This document shows, one piece after another, positions 61,093-64,000 of a stretch of DNA of 64,000 nt. Below the pieces are notes generated by a model. It saw only the letters and a list, made by a program, of their open reading frames with translations, did no database searches and was not told the origin of the DNA. Location of the stretch: NCBI GenBank assembly GCA_965215265.1, contig OZ244048.1:4608001-4672000 (forward strand), in the 5' to 3' direction. Numbering within the stretch: the first letter of the stretch is position 1; each line of letters opens with the position of its first letter. The position numbers were made by a program, and so were the translations under genes. Source of the DNA: Candidatus Poribacteria bacterium. GTDB taxonomy: Bacteria; Poribacteria; WGA-4E; WGA-3G.

Positions 61093-62026
61093 ATGAAAGG
61101 AAAACTCGCCATTCATGGCGGACAAAGCACCGTCCCTGATGGATTAATTCAACCGTGGCCGCACGTTACCGACTCCGATAGAGAAGCTGTCGCAGCGGTG
61201 ATGGCCTCGGCGAAAATCACCGAACAGCAACAGGTCCAATCCGAAGGACTCGCACGAGAGTGGGCAGAGTAAATGGGTGTTGGGTATTGCATCCCCGTTA
61301 ACAGCGGCACGGCTGCCCTACACCTATGTGTTGCCGGTGTCGGCATTGAACCCGGTGATGAGGTTATTGTACCGGCCTTCACCTTCTGGGCAACGGCGGC
61401 AGCGGTCCTCCACCACAATGCGATTCCTGTTTTTGTTGATATTGACCCGCACACTTATTGTATCGATGCCACCCTCATCGAGGCGAAAGTCACTGAGCGA
61501 ACACGTGCTATTATGCCGGTTCACATTCACGGCATGCCTGCCGATATGGACACCATTCTGGCAATTGCCAAGAAGTACGATTTGAAAGTCATCGAAGATG
61601 TCGCCCAAGCCCATGGGGCGAAATATAAAGGGCGCTTCTGTGGCGCTATGGGGGACGCGGCGGGTTATAGCACGCAAGCATCCAAAACGTTGAGCAGCGG
61701 TTGCCAAGGCGGATTGTTCACAACAGATGATGAGCAAATTTACAAGCGAGCGGCGTTGCTGCAATATTTCGGTGAATTGGTGGTGCCCGGGCAGGAGCGC
61801 GAAGAACAAGAATATAACGCGTATGGGCTTGGGTGGATGTATCGCGGCGATATGTTCAGCCAAGCGTTCATCCGTAGCCAAATTAAGCGGCTGGATGAAA
61901 ACAATGCGCCGCGCATCAGGAATTGCGACTATCTCACGCAACGTCTCAATCAAATTGATGGAATTGAAACCCCTTTTGTTCCTGAGGGGTGTGAACCGGT
62001 CTATTACAACTACGTCGTCGGTTTTA
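61093..62026 (+). pseudogene. DegT/DnrJ/EryC1/StrS aminotransferase with in-frame TAA and 3' truncation
   Basis: NSGTAALH, EDVAQAHG, S..ASK; TAA at 61270-61272; interrupted by the IS630 derivative. Confidence 0.88.
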
Positions 62027-62247
62027 TAGTGGATCCCGTAATTACTTATACATTTTTATCATGTCATCAATAACCACCTCAGCGTTATATTGCCGTATCC
62101 GTTTGATGGTGGCAAAATCCTTCTCAATCGGGTTCAACTCCGGCGAATACGGCGGCAAAAATAGCAAACTCTCTGTTGAATATGCCATAATCGTAAATGA
62201 TAACATAAGCCTCAGAAAATGTAAACTTATTTTTCGGATATACTATA
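62025..62247 (-). mobile_element. Miniature internally deleted IS630-family element
   Basis: TA-flanked imperfect terminal inverted repeats (TATAGT..ATCC...TACATTTT; 23/32 match); mini-ORF 62188-62042 MAYSTE/SLLFLPPYSPELNPIE... Confidence 0.85.
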
Positions 62248-62267
62248 AAGATTCGTGGCAACTTAGG

Positions 62268-62390
62268 TATATATAACAGAGAGACAGAAACCACGGCACG
62301 AAAACAAGTGGGTTTGGAAAAAAAAAGCTAAACTTTTCCCAGCCACTTGTATATATATAATAGAGAGAGACGGAAACCACGGTGCGAAAA
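62268..62390. repeat. Two imperfect ~38-bp direct repeats
   Basis: TATATATAAYAGAGAGA(GA)CRGAAACCACGGYRCGAAAA at 62268 and 62352. Confidence 0.85.
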
Positions 62391-62756
62391 AAACGCAGCG
62401 CAGGGTAGCTGAATGTTTTCGCAGGTAAGGTATTAACCTAAAGTTCAATACCTTACCCGTCAAAAAACGCCAATGTTTGCAATGTTTTGCAAAAAAACTT
62501 GACACTTTTGTGATTTTTGATCGAATCTTATTTGGAATGGGCAGCCGCCCATTTGAGAGGGGTGTCGACGGTGATACCAGCACCGCCGCCGCGGAGAACC
62601 CTGCTACAGAACCGGTATGACAGCGCTGGTTTTCTATTGTATCATAAAACAGGTATAAAAGGCAACCAGCACGCTATATGACATGGAAAAATTGCTATCT
62701 CTCCGACCGATTTTCTTTTCAGGCATTTTTCCATCAATCCGAATGAGAGAGGTTTT

Positions 62757-63503
62757 ATGATGTTACGTGATTTACTTTCCCATCGATGGCTACAAATCTG
62801 TCTTGTTTTCTTTATTATCGCTGTTGGGGGCAGCCTGCTGTATCGTTGGCACACCCTACGAGTCACAGAAAGAGACATGGAACGGCATGACCGCTTTTTA
62901 CAGAGACTGGAAAAAGAGAATGAGACACGTCCTGCTCAAACGGTGAACGTTCCTACAGAAAATGAGACACCTGGTCGTGTAGACACATCGTCGGCAAGCG
63001 TCGCGACAGATACCGAGACACCCAAGGGAACAGCAACGTTACCTGGTGATTCGGAGTTAGACGACGTAGAGGATGTGTTCTTGCCCGATGATTTTGTAGC
63101 AGAGGACCCCCCAACTGAAGAGGTACCTGTCTCACCTCACGGCTTTGGCCCGTATCCTGAAGTCCCAGAGGATTTTCCTAGAAACGTCAACTGGGCTCAC
63201 TATGAGGAAGACCGCCCCATCTTTGAATTGATGACCCGTGTACAGATTAAATTATGGAACCAAGGATACAAGGTCACAGGGATGACTGAAAAGAATGGGT
63301 TGATGTATCCCACAATTCGCGGGACGGTTTACGTCAAATGGAGTCGTAATGGTGAAGAGATTCTTGGAATTAGAGGGCATCCCGCGGATTTGTCTGATGC
63401 AATTGTTGATCAGATGATGGAGTCTGGTATCATTCCAGCAGGGCTTAAAGTGATTGATTATGAGACAGCGGGCATAGATCCATATCAGTTTCTCAACCTA
63501 TAA
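62757..63503 (+). CDS. Hypothetical membrane-anchored protein
   Basis: N-terminal TM helix, acidic linker, VSPHGFGPYPEVP.D and GIDPYQFL motifs. Confidence 0.85.
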   Translation: MMLRDLLSHRWLQICLVFFIIAVGGSLLYRWHTLRVTERDMERHDRFLQRLEKENETRPAQTVNVPTENETPGRVDTSSASVATDTETPKGTATLPGDSELDDVEDVFLPDDFVAEDPPTEEVPVSPHGFGPYPEVPEDFPRNVNWAHYEEDRPIFELMTRVQIKLWNQGYKVTGMTEKNGLMYPTIRGTVYVKWSRNGEEILGIRGHPADLSDAIVDQMMESGIIPAGLKVIDYETAGIDPYQFLNL

Positions 63504-63519
63504 TAAGGAGGCATTTCAT

Positions 63520-64000
63520 ATGAAATGGATTTTCAGTTTTCTCATCCTCGTTTTGATAAGCAGCATCGCGATTTCCGATCACACACTCCACAGAAATCGA
63601 GTGTTACACGAGTACGAGAGAGAAACAAGAGAGAATACCTATGCATCGGCGATTGACGAAGACCTTCTCGAAATCCTACGTGCACGTTCACGGACATCAT
63701 CTAGACATTATGAAGGAAGTCAACGCTGGACAGCATTCGCCGATGTCACATGTTATAATGAGGAATACCGAGGCAATTCGGGTTTTGCTAACTATACCCC
63801 CACGAAATAGAAAATGATGGGGGATCCGAAGCTAACACATTTGTAGGCAATTTTTACGAGAATGCCAGGGTTAAAGGTCTGCGTCCAAATTTGCTTTCTG
63901 ATAGCAGAGAGGAAATAAGACGCTGTAGTGCCAGTGCAAGCATAACTGCATGGCGGGGAAGTCCATCATCAGGCATAACCTTTTCAGATAGTGCGATTCC
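63520..64000 (+). CDS. Hypothetical secreted protein, apparently frameshifted at a C5 tract and running off the window
   Basis: AAGGAGG RBS and signal peptide; stop at 63810, but the -1 frame is open from 63792 to the window end. Confidence 0.65.

Noticed and set aside
61270-61272. In-frame TAA in the aminotransferase as programmed recoding
   Set aside because: Most simply a Tyr-codon nonsense change in a gene that is also truncated by an IS derivative.
1-64000. Genome-wide reassignment of TAG
   Set aside because: TAG ends several apparently complete genes (for example at 24689, 38173, 42728 and 45099), so any readthrough must be local.

Overview
A 64-kb bacterial chromosomal segment. It is probably from a Candidatus Poribacteria-like organism; this is inferred from a secreted LamG protein ending in the 'AV..KL.TTWG.LK' tail, an internalin-like LRR protein, and PQQ-propeller and sulfatase genes. 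Housekeeping genes include hpf (3' end), valS, nadB, slt, gatB, glmM, yvcK, glnS and gltX. The window has an expanded phosphate locus with a Pho-box promoter (pstS-pstC-pstA-K+ channel-pstB-pstB-pstA'-pstB'-phoU, plus a PhoB-like regulator). It also has a DtxR/MntR-controlled metal locus (mntR, a ferritin-like/VIT1 fusion, troABCD) and several decayed elements: two restriction-modification remnants, a miniature IS630 and a DegT pseudogene. The most unusual region is about 25.3-29.0 kb. There a poly-C-frameshifted LRR gene precedes a repeated promoter/gene-end/terminator cassette. One cassette holds a PD-(D/E)XK (Rpn-like) nuclease with a strong internal in-frame start. Its UAG stop is followed in frame by a 26-codon tail carrying the Poribacteria-type C-terminal motif, and a second copy of that tail differs mostly at synonymous sites. 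Also notable are the complementary degeneration of the PstB ATPases and a voltage-gated K+ channel gene inside the pst operon. No rRNA, tRNA or cas genes were recognised. All calls were made by eye; no database search was run.
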